From positions 77,190,001 through 77,254,000 of the forward strand of contig OZ024743.1 of NCBI GenBank assembly GCA_964016885.1: a stretch of 64,000 bases of DNA, in the 5' to 3' direction. Positions 39,900 to 52,693 of the stretch are shown here, piece by piece. Made by a program: the position numbers and the translations under genes. Every line of letters begins with the position of its first letter. The first letter of the stretch is position 1. The notes below the pieces were generated by a model, which saw only the letters and a list, made by a program, of their open reading frames with translations, was not told where the DNA came from and made no database searches. Source of the DNA: Eledone cirrhosa (Eukaryota).

Positions 39900-39911
39900 G
39901 ATGATGTGGAG
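39900..39911 (+). CDS. AP1G1: Candidate 12-nt microexon GATGATGTGGAG (DDVE)
   Basis: About 68 nt of AG-free, U-rich sequence with branch-like cttaac/ctgat, then acceptor ttctgcag and donor GAG|gtagga. In frame, in the intron position of the known AP1G1 microexon. Confidence 0.62.
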
Positions 39912-40170
39912 GTAGGAACTTGGTTAGTTATTTCAATGTTTATTTTAAAAAAAAAAAAAACAAGAAAAATGCAGATTTGTGAACATAAGGTTGTGCACCT
40001 TAAAATAAGTACCTTAAAAAAAAACATTCTGAGCATGATTTCTTGTATTTTTTTTATTTTTCCCCCCTTACATTGATGGCTTTTGCTCAGTAATTACCAC
40101 CTGAGTAATTTGGGAAAATAGCTTTTTTTTCTCAACTGATTCCTCCTTCTTAACTTTCTGTTCTTTGCAG

Positions 40171-40191
40171 TACATGTCTATATTACCAGAA
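40171..40191 (+). CDS. AP1G1: Candidate 21-nt microexon TACATGTCTATATTACCAGAA (YMSILPE)
   Basis: Strong 3' splice site (cttaac plus tttctgttctttgcag), donor GAA|gtaact. In frame, no stop. Confidence 0.45.
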
Positions 40192-41019
40192 GTAACTAAA
40201 ATATTTTTAATATAACACTAAATAAATATCAAAGAAATATAATAAAAATTATATAAATTTCTTTAATATGACTTTGGTAAAAGAAATGATTTTAATAAAT
40301 TTAATTCTAAAGGTATGTTAATATATAGAACCAACAGTTATATAGTAGTAACATATATTGAATTTGGTTTGTCCATTTCACAGTTTAGATTTCACAGTTT
40401 GTATACTAAATATTAACGTCCTATATTGCATGAAACTGCATTAGCAAGATATTCTTCAAAAGTACAAAATAGCAAGCAGTATGTTTGCATCAATAAAAGA
40501 AATTGTCTTTAGTCTAATACTGCAACATTTTACAACAATTTGTTCTCAAGTAAAGATACTATAAACACTTGAATTTACAAACCTGTTTTTGGACATGTAC
40601 TAAATCATTATAGGATGTTTAGTGTTAATAGTTAGATTCTGCTTTCTTAATATATTAAATCAGAAGTGTAAAAACTGTTTACTGCTATTTCTAAGATAGG
40701 AATTAATGTAGTTGATATTCTAACACTATGCAGTGGTTCAAATTATTTTATTCTATGTAATAAATTCTAGTGTAGCGAAGCGGAGCATTTCAACCGATGT
40801 TGGTTTCTGGCAGCAGTAAATGCGTTCAACTAATTAAATCCAATCAACATATACTTAATTACATAATAATCTTTATAATTTCCATCTAACATCATTTGAA
40901 GTTCAATTTTTTAATTAAGAATAGTTTAGGAATACCTACCTTTAGAAAGTTTGGAAATGTATTAAAAGGAGAATATAAATATTATTCAAGAGATAGCATT
41001 TGAAAAAAAAAAAAAAATA

Positions 41020-41492
41020 GTTTGGCTTCTCCTAATGTAGGTTTAGCTGGCCTCCTCCTAATGTAGGTTTAGCTGGCCTCCTCCTAATGTAGGTTTAGCT
41101 GGCCTCCTCCTAAAGTAGGTTTAGCTGATCTCCTCCTAAAGTAGGTTTAGCTGATCTCCTAAAGTAGGTTTAGCTGGCCTCCTCCTAAAGTAGGTTTAGC
41201 TGGCCTCCTCCTAAAGTAGGTTTAGCTGGCCTCCTCCTAAAGTAGGTTTAGCTGGCCTCCTCCTATGAGGTTTAGCTGGCCTCTTCCTATTAGGTTTAGC
41301 TGGCCTCCTCCTATGAGGTTTAGCTGGCCTCTTCCTATGAGGTTTAGCTGGCCTCTTCCTATGAGGTTTAGCTGGCCTCTTCCTATGAGGTTTAGCTGGT
41401 CTCCTCCTATGAGGTTTAGCTGGCCTCTTCCTATGAGGTTTAGCTGGCCTCTTCCTATGAGGTTTAGCTGTCCCCCTCCTCCCATGAGGTTT
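41020..41492. repeat. 24-bp minisatellite, about 19 copies
   Basis: Repeated aggtttagctggcctc(c/t)tccta(aagt/atgt/tg). Confidence 0.95.
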
Positions 41493-41803
41493 TTATTTAA
41501 TTATTTTTTATATTAATTTATTGAAACTCTAAAATAGAAATAAGAAGTTAATATTAAACAAATTGTGTTTCTTCTAATTTATAAGTTTAACCCTTTTGAT
41601 ACCAAGCCAGCCAAAACCACCTTTGGTACTTCAATACAAAATGAGAGTTATATGACTAAACTTTTTCAAATGTTTGATTATTCAAAAAATAATTTCAAAA
41701 TCGTAAGCAGTGTCTTTCATTAGAAATATGGTAACAAAAGTGTTAAGTTTAACCCTTTAGCATTTACATTACTCTATATATACTATTATATTTTCATGGT
41801 AAA

Positions 41804-41992
41804 GGGCGGTGGATTGGCAGTATCGGTAGAGGGTCGGACGCCATGCTTTCCAGCATAGTTACGTCCCTTTACGATCTGAGTTCAAATCCCGCCGAGGTTG
41901 ACTTTGCCTTTCATCCTTACGGGGTCGATAAAATAAAGTACCAGTAATGCACTGGGTAATTGCTGGCCTTGTGCCAAAAGTAGAAACAATTA
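41804..41992 (+). mobile_element. tRNA-derived SINE, young copy. Other copies at about 4620-4835(-), 7801-7984, 27824-28035, 33660-33850, 33856-34030, 56707-56825 and 56832-57025
   Basis: A box (tggcagtatcgg), B box (gagttcaaatcc), a shared central gcctttcatccttacggggtcgataaaataaagtaccag, and a 21-bp target-site duplication (TSD). Confidence 0.9.
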
Positions 41993-42750
41993 TATTTTCA
42001 TGGTAAAGGCTTTACCTCACATAATATCTCACATAACATTTACATTACTCTATATATACTATTATATTTTCATGGTAAAGGATTTACCTCGCATAATTAT
42101 CTCACATAACATTTACATTACTCTATATATACTATTATATTTTCACAGTCAAGGCTTTACCTCACATAATATCTCGCATAACATTTACATTACTCTATAT
42201 ATACTATTGTATTTTTGTAGTAAAAGCTTTACCTCACATAATATCTCGCATAACATTTACATTACTCTATATATACTATTGTATTTTTGTAGTAAAAGCT
42301 TTACCTCACATAATATCTCGCATAACATTTACATTACTCTATATATACTATTATATTTTCGTGGTAAGGGATTTACCTCACATAATATCTCACATAACAT
42401 TTACATTACTCTATATATACTATTATATTTTCATGGTAAAGGATTTACCTCACATAATATCTCACATAACATTTACATTACTCTATATATACTATTATAT
42501 TTTCATGGTAAGGGATTTACCTCACATAATATCTCACATAACATTTACATTACTCTATATATACTATTATATTTTCATGGTAAAGGATTTACCTCACATA
42601 ATATCTCACAAAACATTTACATTACTCTATATATACTATTATATTTTCATGGTAAAGGATTTACCTCACATAATATCTCACATAACATTTACATTACTCT
42701 ATATATACTATTATATTTTCATGGTAAAGGATTTACCTCACATAATATCA
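41990..42750. repeat. 72-bp tandem repeat, about 10 copies, amplified inside a family A MITE
   Basis: Unit acatttacattactctatatatactattatattttcatggtaaaggatttacctcacataatatctcacata. Confidence 0.95.
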
Positions 42751-43228
42751 AACTTACGAAATTTTGATATTATTTATTTTGAGAACAATACCTTAACATA
42801 AGTATGAGTGGCCGGTTACAGCTGGTTTGAACAGAAAGAAGTGAGAGAGTTGTGGCTGACTACGGCAATTTAAATGCTAATGGGTTAATTCTGACTGTTC
42901 TCTAACGTTACCATTTTGTCCTAGTATTTCTTCTGTACTGGTTAGTTGAACCTTATATTAACTAACCTAATTTAAAGTCTGTCAGATGTTATATAGAATA
43001 GTGATATTTTAACTTCTGGTAATATAGAGATTTGACCGTTTCTCTGCAATCTCTGCAATATTATTGGTTTATTTTAATTCTTGGTGATGGTAACTTTCAC
43101 CTTCTTTTAAATCTTAGCTGACAGCTGCATTTACTACTATATTGACATAATTCAGCTATTTAAAAAAAACACTACTTTCTCTTACACACACACACATACG
43201 CTTAAAGACCAAAGTTTATTTTGACCAT

Positions 43229-43264
<36 letters not shown>

Positions 43265-45021
43265 AATAAAATGTATTTACTACCTATGATTTCATGGTTG
43301 CTTCTGTGTAATAATTTCATAAAAAGAACTTCCAGAATTTTCAATTTACATTTTTTTCTCCAGGTAATTACTGTTGTTAAGTTGTATTTAGGTTGGTGTC
43401 TAATGCTTGTTAAAATGGGATTAAAAGGGATAGGACAAATGTGTTGGTGTCAATATATTTGAAATTATAATCAGTGTTAATTGAATAGTTTATGTATCCT
43501 CGGGTCCCAAATAATAAGGGGTGGTTGGAATAAGTTTTTCTAGGTTGTCTCCCTTGATTTCTTTTTTTCAAAACCAGAATTACTCATTTAGTTTACATAT
43601 TGAGACCCCAATCCATCCTATTTATTTTATAACATTTGAGATTTCTAGTAATGTACTTTTTTTGCATGCATAATGTTTTTTAATGTACAAAGAAAATTGT
43701 CGCAGGGATGCTATAACTTAAAATAAAATTTTGCTGGAGATAGATTAGCAAAAAGCGGGGGTGGGTGGAAAAAATTTGAAAAACTAATAGCGAGGTGGGG
43801 TAATTATTGGAGACGAGAGTAAATGGAGTGAAGCCAAATATGTTGAAATAGGACAAGGTTTCTGCTCTAATTAACAGTTTGAGTTTGTGTATAATTTTAT
43901 TATTTAGTAATACTTTTGTAATTACAATAGTGTTATGTTGGCTGTTGTTGTTTAGCCCCAAGTCAGCTATGGTCTAACGGATTTCTGACCAAGAGTGTTT
44001 AATTTAAACCCCCCCCCCCTTCATATATAATGTATCTAGAACCATATTTCCCAACACATTTTTGGTTTTAAGATAGTAGGATGTGTGATTTGAAAGAAAT
44101 TTGGTTGCTATGCTCAGAGGCTCCCTTTGAAAATATGTACAAATCATTTCATGCTATAAAATTGTTGAGACTGGCTGATGTGCTCACCATGCATGGACAG
44201 CCTCTGTTCTCAATTGTGTGGATGCAGTGGTTTGAGCTGGCTCAACCTGCAGTGACTGGAGCTGGCTCAACCTGCAGTGACTGGAACTGGCTCAACCTGC
44301 AGTGGTTTGAGTTAGCTCAACCTGCAGTGGTTGGAGCTGGCTCAACCTATCTTAGGGGAATGCCAACATACGTACACGTAATAAAGCCAACTTTTAGTCA
44401 GTTGATCAGTTATTCTAATATGTAGTATCATATAGTAGTTTACAACTTCCAAGAGAAAACATTTATATAGTAACATCTAACCCTAACCATTACTGCTACA
44501 ACTACTACCATAGCTACTAATACCATTACTGCTACAACTACTACCTTTATTTTTTTGTACTGAACTATTAAATGTATCTTTCAATCCTGTGTATTTAACA
44601 TTACCTTTTATTAATCAATCCCTTACCATTTGTTTTGTTTGTATTTTTAACCCTGTCATGTCTACATTTCCAATGAAATACACTTTATTTTAATTAATGA
44701 AGAATTTTGAGGGATTTACTAAAATTATTAATTATTTTGTTACTAACATAGTAACTTAAGGTAAGGTTCTTATATAAAATTATGTTGAAAGCTTTTAATT
44801 TAAATTGGAAACCTTTAAAATGGGTGGTTTTATTTCATAGAACCAGAGCTGGTTTTGGCTGGGTTGGTAACTAAAGGGTTAAAGAATATAAGGAAATTAT
44901 GAGTCTAACTTATGCTAGTGTGGAAAATGGACGTTAAATGATGATGATATAGCTAATTTATATATATTAAGGAACTGTGAAAAGTAAGAAAATGGAAACT
45001 AATCAAAAGAAACTTTGGTTA

Positions 45022-45242
<221 letters not shown>

Positions 45243-45650
45243 CAATAATGTTTTAATCCATTGCTTATTAAACACTTCATGAACATCAGTGAGAAAAACC
45301 CTATATTTCTCTTCATTAATAGTTATGACATGAATTAAATTTCATAATTATTTCTATAATTGTCACTAAATATATTTTAATTTATAAATACTAATCCATT
45401 AAATTGAGTTTCTTTCCTTATTTTTTATTTTTTTTTAATTGGAATATAACTTTCATATTATTATTATAATTAGTCAGCACTGAATATTTCCTCTTTTGTT
45501 TTCATGCATAAAATATTGTTTTTTCTCTCATTGATTATAAGATACTTAAATTATTTTAATAAGAACTTTTTATAAGAAGTTTAATTTTTAAATCATATTT
45601 TTGTGGAATCCATTATTTATTTTTTCTTCTATGTTGAAATTGTTAAATAT

Positions 45651-46066
45651 GCCTGTTGGTCAGACTCTCTATAGCCTGTTGGTCAGACTCTGTATAGCCT
45701 GTTGGTCAGACTCTCTATAGCCTGTTGGTCAGACTGTATAGCCTGTTGGTCAGACTCTCTATAGCCTGTTGGTCAGACTCTGTATAGCCTGTTGGTCAGA
45801 CTGTATAGCCTGTTGGTCAGACTGTATAGCCTGTTGGTCAGACTGTATAGCCTGTTGGTCAGACTCTCTATAGCCTGTTGGTCAGACTCTCTATAGCCTG
45901 TTGGTCAGACTCTCTATGGCCTGTTGGTCAGACTCTCTATGGCCTGTTGGTCAGACTCTCTATAGCTTGTTGGTCAGACTATATAGCCTGTTGGTCAGAC
46001 TCTCTATAGCCTGTTGGTCAGACTCTCTATAGCCTGTTGGTCAAGCTCTGTATAGCCTGTTGGTCA
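45651..46066. repeat. 20-24-bp minisatellite
   Basis: Repeated tagcctgttggtcagact(ct)(c/g)ta. Confidence 0.95.
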
Positions 46067-46183
46067 TTGCAATACTAGTCTTCAATAATCTGGGAATTTT
46101 GACAGATGGAATATATTTTCCCCTTATCAACCTCCATAGTTTACCAAATATGTACTGTGATTCAGTTAAACTGTTGTAGAATC

Positions 46184-46294
<111 letters not shown>

Positions 46295-46302
46295 AGAGCT
46301 GA

Positions 46303-48266
46303 TCAGTTATATTGTTGTTTAGAGTGATAATGGCTGATAGATAGGGATATCATGCCAGTTATATTGTTGTTTAGAGTGACAATGGCTGATAGATAGGGAT
46401 ATCATGCCAGTTATATTGTTGTTTAGAGTGACAATGGCTGATAGATAGGGATATCATGCCAGTTATATTGTTGTTTAGAGTGACAATGGCTGATAGATAG
46501 GGATATCATGCCAGTTATATTGTTGTTTAGAGTGACAATGGCTGATAGATAGGGATATCATGATAGTTATATTGTTGTTTAGAGTGACAATGGCTGATAG
46601 ATAGGGATATCATGCCAGTTATATTGTTGTTTAGAGTGACAATGGCTGATAGATAGGGATATCATGATAGTTATATTGTTGTTTAGAGTGACAATGGCTG
46701 ATAGATAGGGATATCATGCCAGTTATATTGTTGTTTAGAGTGACAATGGCTGATAGATGGGGATATCATGATAGTTATATTGTTGTTTAGAGTGACAATG
46801 GCTGATAGATAGGGATATCATGATAGTTATATTGTTGTTTAGAGTGACAGTGGCTGATAGATAGGGATATCATGATAGTTATATTGTTGTTTAGAGTGAC
46901 AATGGCTGATAGATAGGGATATCATGATAGTTATATTGTTGTTTAGAGTGACAATGGCTGATAGATAGGGATATCATGATAGTTATATTGTTGTTTAGAG
47001 TGACAATGGCTGATAGATAGGGATATCATGATAGTTATATTGTTGTTTAGAGTGACAATGGCTGATAGATAGGGATATCATGATAGTTATATTGTTGTTT
47101 AGAGTGACAGTGGCTGATAGATAGGGATATCATGATAGTTATATTGTTGTTTAGAGTGACAATGGCTGATAGATAGGGATATCATGATAGTTATATTGTT
47201 GTTTAGAGTGACAATGGCTGATAGATAGGGATATCATGATAGTTATATTGTTGTTTAGAGTGACAGTGGCTGATAGATAAGGATATCATGATAGTTATAT
47301 TGTTGTTTAGAGTGACAATGGCTGATAGATAGGGATATCATGATAGTTATATTGTTGTTTAGAGTGACAGTGGCTGATAGATAGGGATATCATGATAGTT
47401 ATATTGTTGTTTAGAGTGACAGTGGCTGATAGATAGGGATATCATGATAAACAACAATATAATTATCATGATATCCCCATCTATTAGCCATTGTCACTCT
47501 AAACAACAATATAACTGGCATGATATCCCCATCTATCAGCCATTGTCATGCTAAACAACAATATAACTGGCATGATAACCCTATCTATCAGCCATTGTCA
47601 CTCTAAACAACAATATAACTGGCATGATATCCCCATCTATCAGCCATTGTCATGCTAAACAACAATATAACTGGCATGATAACCCTATCTATCAGCCATT
47701 GTCACTCTAAACAACAATATAACTGGCATGATAACCCTATCTATCAGCCATTGTCACTCTAAACAACAATATAACTGGCATGATATCCCCATCTATCAGC
47801 CATTGTCATGCTAAACAACAATATAACTGGCATGATAACCCTATCTATCAGCCATTGTCACTCTAAACAACAATATAACTGGCATGATAACCCTATCTAT
47901 CAGCCATTGTCACTCTAAACAACAATATAACTGGCATGATAACCCTATCTATCAGCCATTGTCACTCTAAACAACAATATAACTGGCATGATAACCCTAT
48001 CTATCAGCCATTGTCACTCTAAACAACAATATAACTGGCATGATAACCCTATCTATCAGCCATTGTCACTCTAAACAACAATATAACTGGCATGATAACC
48101 CTATCTATCAGCCATTGTCACTCTAAACAACAATATAACTGGCATGATAACCCTATCTATCAGCCATTGTCATGCTAAACAACAATATAACTGGCATGAT
48201 AACCCTATCTATCAGCCATTGTCACTCTAAACAACAATATAACTGGCATGATAACCCTATCTATCA
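46303..48266. repeat. 52-bp satellite: about 22 forward units, then about 16 reverse-complement units
   Basis: Unit agttatattgttgtttagagtgacaatggctgatagatagggatatcatg(cc/at). Orientation switches at about 47449. Confidence 0.97.
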
Positions 48267-49384
48267 TCTCTCTGAGTTCAAATCCTGCCATGGTCAATTT
48301 TGCCTTTCATCCATTCAAGGTTGATAAAAAAAAAGTACCAGTCTAGTACGGGAGTCGATTCTTCCTCTCTCGGGGAGAAATCTGCTGTACTCAGGCCTTG
48401 GAGAGGGATGGGCTCAGCCAGGCTTAAAATGTTCAAGAAACGCCGTATGTCAATGCAGTGCCCCTACGACTATATCAGGAGTTACAGGGCCATACCATAT
48501 ATGTTTATATTTTCTCACTTTAAAGTCTTTTGGTCTATAGTTATTCAATCTTTAACTAGAATTAACAAATATTTACTTCATGGTATTTAATCTTCTATTA
48601 TTACACAGAATATCTCACTATCTATTGATGTCATTGTGTACAGATCATAGATTTATTGAACCATATATTTACACATATACCTATTGTGTTTACAAATCTA
48701 CTTTAACAATCTTTAGTCCTTATTATTGTGTCTCAATACTATCAAGGTCTGTTTGTATTTTGGAAATGAATGAATATGTAGGGCGTGATCTTTTATTTTA
48801 TTTTATTTTATTTTATTTTATTTTATTTTATTTATTTTGCCATCATTAGAATTCTTGAATGTCAAATAAACATGTTCACATATTCTAGGATAACCATTAT
48901 TCCATTAACTATTTTCAACTACAAGTAAACTACTTCATCTTATACTATATAGTATCTGAGAGTTGTACATTTTTCTATGCTCCTCTATCATCATTGTTTT
49001 AACAGCCACTTTCCCTGCTGACAACTGTTCGACAGGTCTACATAGAACAAGTCAGTACTGAAGTGGTGGCTACTGATCTCCTAGAGAAGCCAGGGATTTA
49101 TCATCTCATTTATGTAGTGCACAGGAAAGGTTGTCATGTTTTTGATACAGTTGAAAGTCCACCCAACCCTTTGTTTGGAAAGTTTTCTATGGCTGGATGC
49201 CCTTCCTATCACCATCTACTTTACAGTGTACTGTGTTTATTGTGTGGATCAGTACTCACTTTAAATGAGGTTTGTGTTAGGAAGGGCATCCATCTGTAGA
49301 AACCAAGCCAGAATCAGTTCTGTATGAGCAAGACATGGTCACCTGACCTAGTATTGCCCACAACAGGACAACCCATCTAACCAT

Positions 49385-50480
49385 GCTTTTCCTTGCTTGC
49401 AAGGGTGGGATGGGTCCTATTCAGCACAGCATCTCTCCATTCGTCACAGTCCTTTGTCGTCTCCTCTGTGAGTTTCAGCGATCTGTCCATGATTTTCGGG
49501 GTCTTCCTCTACTACATCTTTCTTCTACTGAGATTTCTTGGCGCTTATCTACCCAGTGGTCATCCTCCATGCGCATTACATGTCCATACCATCTCGGTCT
49601 TCTCTCCCGCACACTACAGCCTATCCCCCTTATACACAGTTTCTCTCTTAACTCATCTATGCTTGGTCGTTTACGCACATTGACATTACATATCCAACGG
49701 AGCATGCTTGCTTCATTTTTCTCCAGCCGTCACATATATTCCACAGTTGTTGCACATCTCACACAGGCATCATATAACCAGTCTTTCGTTCGTAGGGAGA
49801 AACTCTTCTTTGTCAACAGAGGAAGCAGCTCCCTAAACTTCTTCCAACCCGTCCTTATTCTGGAAACTATGGCCTTGGAGCACCCTCCCCCCTTACTAAT
49901 CTGATCACCTAGGTATCAGAAGCTATCAACCACCTCTATAGGTCCTACCCACATTTGAAAAATGCGTCTATCACTGCAACTTCTACTATCAAATTTCCCT
50001 GTACATTTACTGCATATATAGTTTTCCCTACCTATTAGCTTGCCTGCTATCCCACAATATCTCTTGTGTAGCCAAGATCTGCATTGTGTACATTTTATAG
50101 AATTTATGCCAACTCCTTTCCTACATATTGAACATGGCTATTTCCCTGACAGAATCAGAGTTTTGTCCTCTTTCCTACTTATCAATACCTTTGTCTTAGC
50201 TAGGTTTACTCTGTCATCTTGATTCCAGCTGCTGTTTCCATAGCCAGAATTTATTCTTTAGCTCCCCTATTGATTCTGCTATAAGAACCAGATCGTCAGC
50301 ATAGAGAAGTTCCCATGGGCAGCCAGTCTTAAATTCCTCTGTTATGGCTTGGAGGACTATAAGGAACAAGAGCGGGCTGAGGACCTAACCCTGATGTAGT
50401 CCTACTTGTATCTGGAGATCCTCACTAAACTCCATTCCTACTCTCACTCTACTGACAGCACCCCTGTACATAGTTTGCAC
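49385..50480 (-). mobile_element. Decayed RTE LINE fragment, same broad family
   Basis: MLRWICNV..RWYGHVMR..RGRPRK. The GCPWELLYADD region is at about 50290-50335, with the Cys-rich segment between. Confidence 0.85.
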
Positions 50481-52436
50481 TGTCCTCATATAATGGTATA
50501 TATATATATATATATACCATTATCATGGTGTGTGTGTGTGTGTGTGTTATATTGGTACCACAAAACATCCAGCCCATACTGTAAAGTGGTAGTGTAGGTG
50601 TCATAACAAAAAGCACCCAGCACACACTGTAAATCCAGCTGTAGGAAACCAGCCCAAAACAGTCCTATATGAGCAAGACATGGTCACCTGACCCAACTGG
50701 CCTCTAAATGGGATAAACCCGCCTAACCCATGCTAGCATGGAAGATGGATGTTAAACGATGATGATGACGATGATGATCACCAACACTAGAGAGGTTGTC
50801 ATGTCCATGACATGACTGAAGGGTCCCCCCAACCCTTTGTTTGGCAAGATTTCTACAGCTGGATGACCTTCCTATCACCAACCACTTCACAGCATGTACT
50901 GGGTATGCTTATTGTGGAAATCGCCAACACTAGGGAGGTTGTCATGTCCTTGACACAACTGAGGGTCATCCTAATATAGTGGTCAGCTAAAACAAATTAT
51001 CAATATCCTTTCTACATAATTTGGTCTATTGATTTCTCTTTGTTTTTACTGTGGAGAGATCTGTCATTCATGTAGTCATCCCTTAACTCTCAGTATAGTA
51101 AAAACAGCCATGTTTCAAAATTCTGCTTCCAAAGCCAACATTCCCATAAATTACACAACACCACTGCTAGATTTTCTTATTATATTCTCTGTATTTATAT
51201 TCCTTATATTCCCTGTATTTGACTTCATGTATTGAAGTTTAGTAGATATTGCTTCTAAGAATTATTGTATAAAATATTCTTGTTGAGAGAGTTGTGATAT
51301 GATAAGGGGAGAATAAAATAAGTAATATGTATCATCATTATCATTTTTATCTCTGTCTTTCCACACTTGCATGGGTTGGACTGAATTAATCAAAGCAAAT
51401 TTAGATTATTTTTTAATCATGAAGCAATGTCCTTGCATTTCATCTGACATTAAGTCTAGAGATAAGCACAAAGAGGGACATTATGTCAAAATGTATTTCT
51501 AATAATTTATTTTTAACATTATTTTGTTACTAATTTGGACTGTTGAGGCTAAAGTTCTTGATTTAGCATGGCAAGCAGTGATAATATCCTAGTGTTAAGT
51601 GGACTAGAAAGAAGAAAAATAAACTGTATAATAGTTTATTAAAGCAGAGTTGGCTGCCTACAGGTGCGACTCCACGAGGTGGAGTGGGTGTTCTTGTGTT
51701 TCTCCCTCACCATCCTCCACAGTAATGTATTCTCCATCAAGATTTACTTGTATTTTATAATATTGGCGAGGTGGGGTAGCTCTTCCAGCACGCTGTCCTC
51801 TGGGGCAATATATTCTCTATCATGTCAGTCGGGACCAAGAGGCAGAGGGTAAGTTAGTTGGAGGTGGAGGATACTTGTTCAGATGTCACACACACACACA
51901 CATTCTTTATGTTCTAATTTCAAATGCAACCAAGGTCTTATTTTATACTTCAAATCAAAATTTTATTAATTGTTAATCCTTACACATTTCAGAGATAATA
52001 CTCCTATATATTTGTCCTGTTTTATCAGTGATTATTAGAGCCTTAGATAAACGCCTAGGTATCTGTTCTGGCTCTCTGCTCTGAATTAAAATCCTGTTGA
52101 GGTTAACTTTGTCTTTCGTCCTTTCAGTGTCAATAAATAAAATACTAATCTAAAGGTTGTGGGTCAGTGAAATTGTTAGTGTTGGCTGAGATACTTTGAG
52201 GTATCTGTTCTAGCTCTTTAGGTTCTGAGTTCAAATCTTGCTGTGGCCTACATGGGTAGTAGACTTAACCCATCACCCAGTTTAACATCATGACTTAGAT
52301 GAAGTAGAGTCTACATTATTGTGAACATTGAAACCAGGTCTCCAGCTTGAGCACCGCCTACATCAGCACACCAGTCTCAGAAAACACGATAGGTTGAACT
52401 AAGAACTGAATATGCTTGGATTTTCATGTCAACACT

Positions 52437-52693
52437 TACTCTCAGATCCCAAATAATAGGGGGTGGGGATAAGCAGAAGGGGGATCGGTAATTTTTCTAG
52501 GTTGTCTCTGTTGATTTTTTAAAAACCAGAATTAGTCATTTGGTTTACAGATTGAGAGACCAACCCATCCTGTAAGGAGGTGGGGGGGGGGGCAGAATAA
52601 TAAGAGTGGGGGTGCTGGAGAAAATCTGAAAAATAAAAAAAATGTGTAGGGGTGGGGAGGGGGGGGGGGGGCATTATTTGAGACCCGAGAGTA
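52437..52693. mobile_element. TA-flanked Tc1/pogo-like MITE; copies at 43495-43821 and a partial at about 25095-25210
   Basis: TIRs tactctcagatcccaaataat...attatttgagacccgagagta and a shared internal ctaggttgtc..ttgatt..aaaccagaatta.tcattt. Confidence 0.7.

Noticed and set aside
41804-41895. tRNA gene
   Set aside because: A and B boxes are present but there is no cloverleaf; this is a SINE head with many copies.
42000-42801. 255-aa and 146-aa repetitive ORFs
   Set aside because: They are produced by the 72-bp MITE-derived array and have no splice or coding signal.
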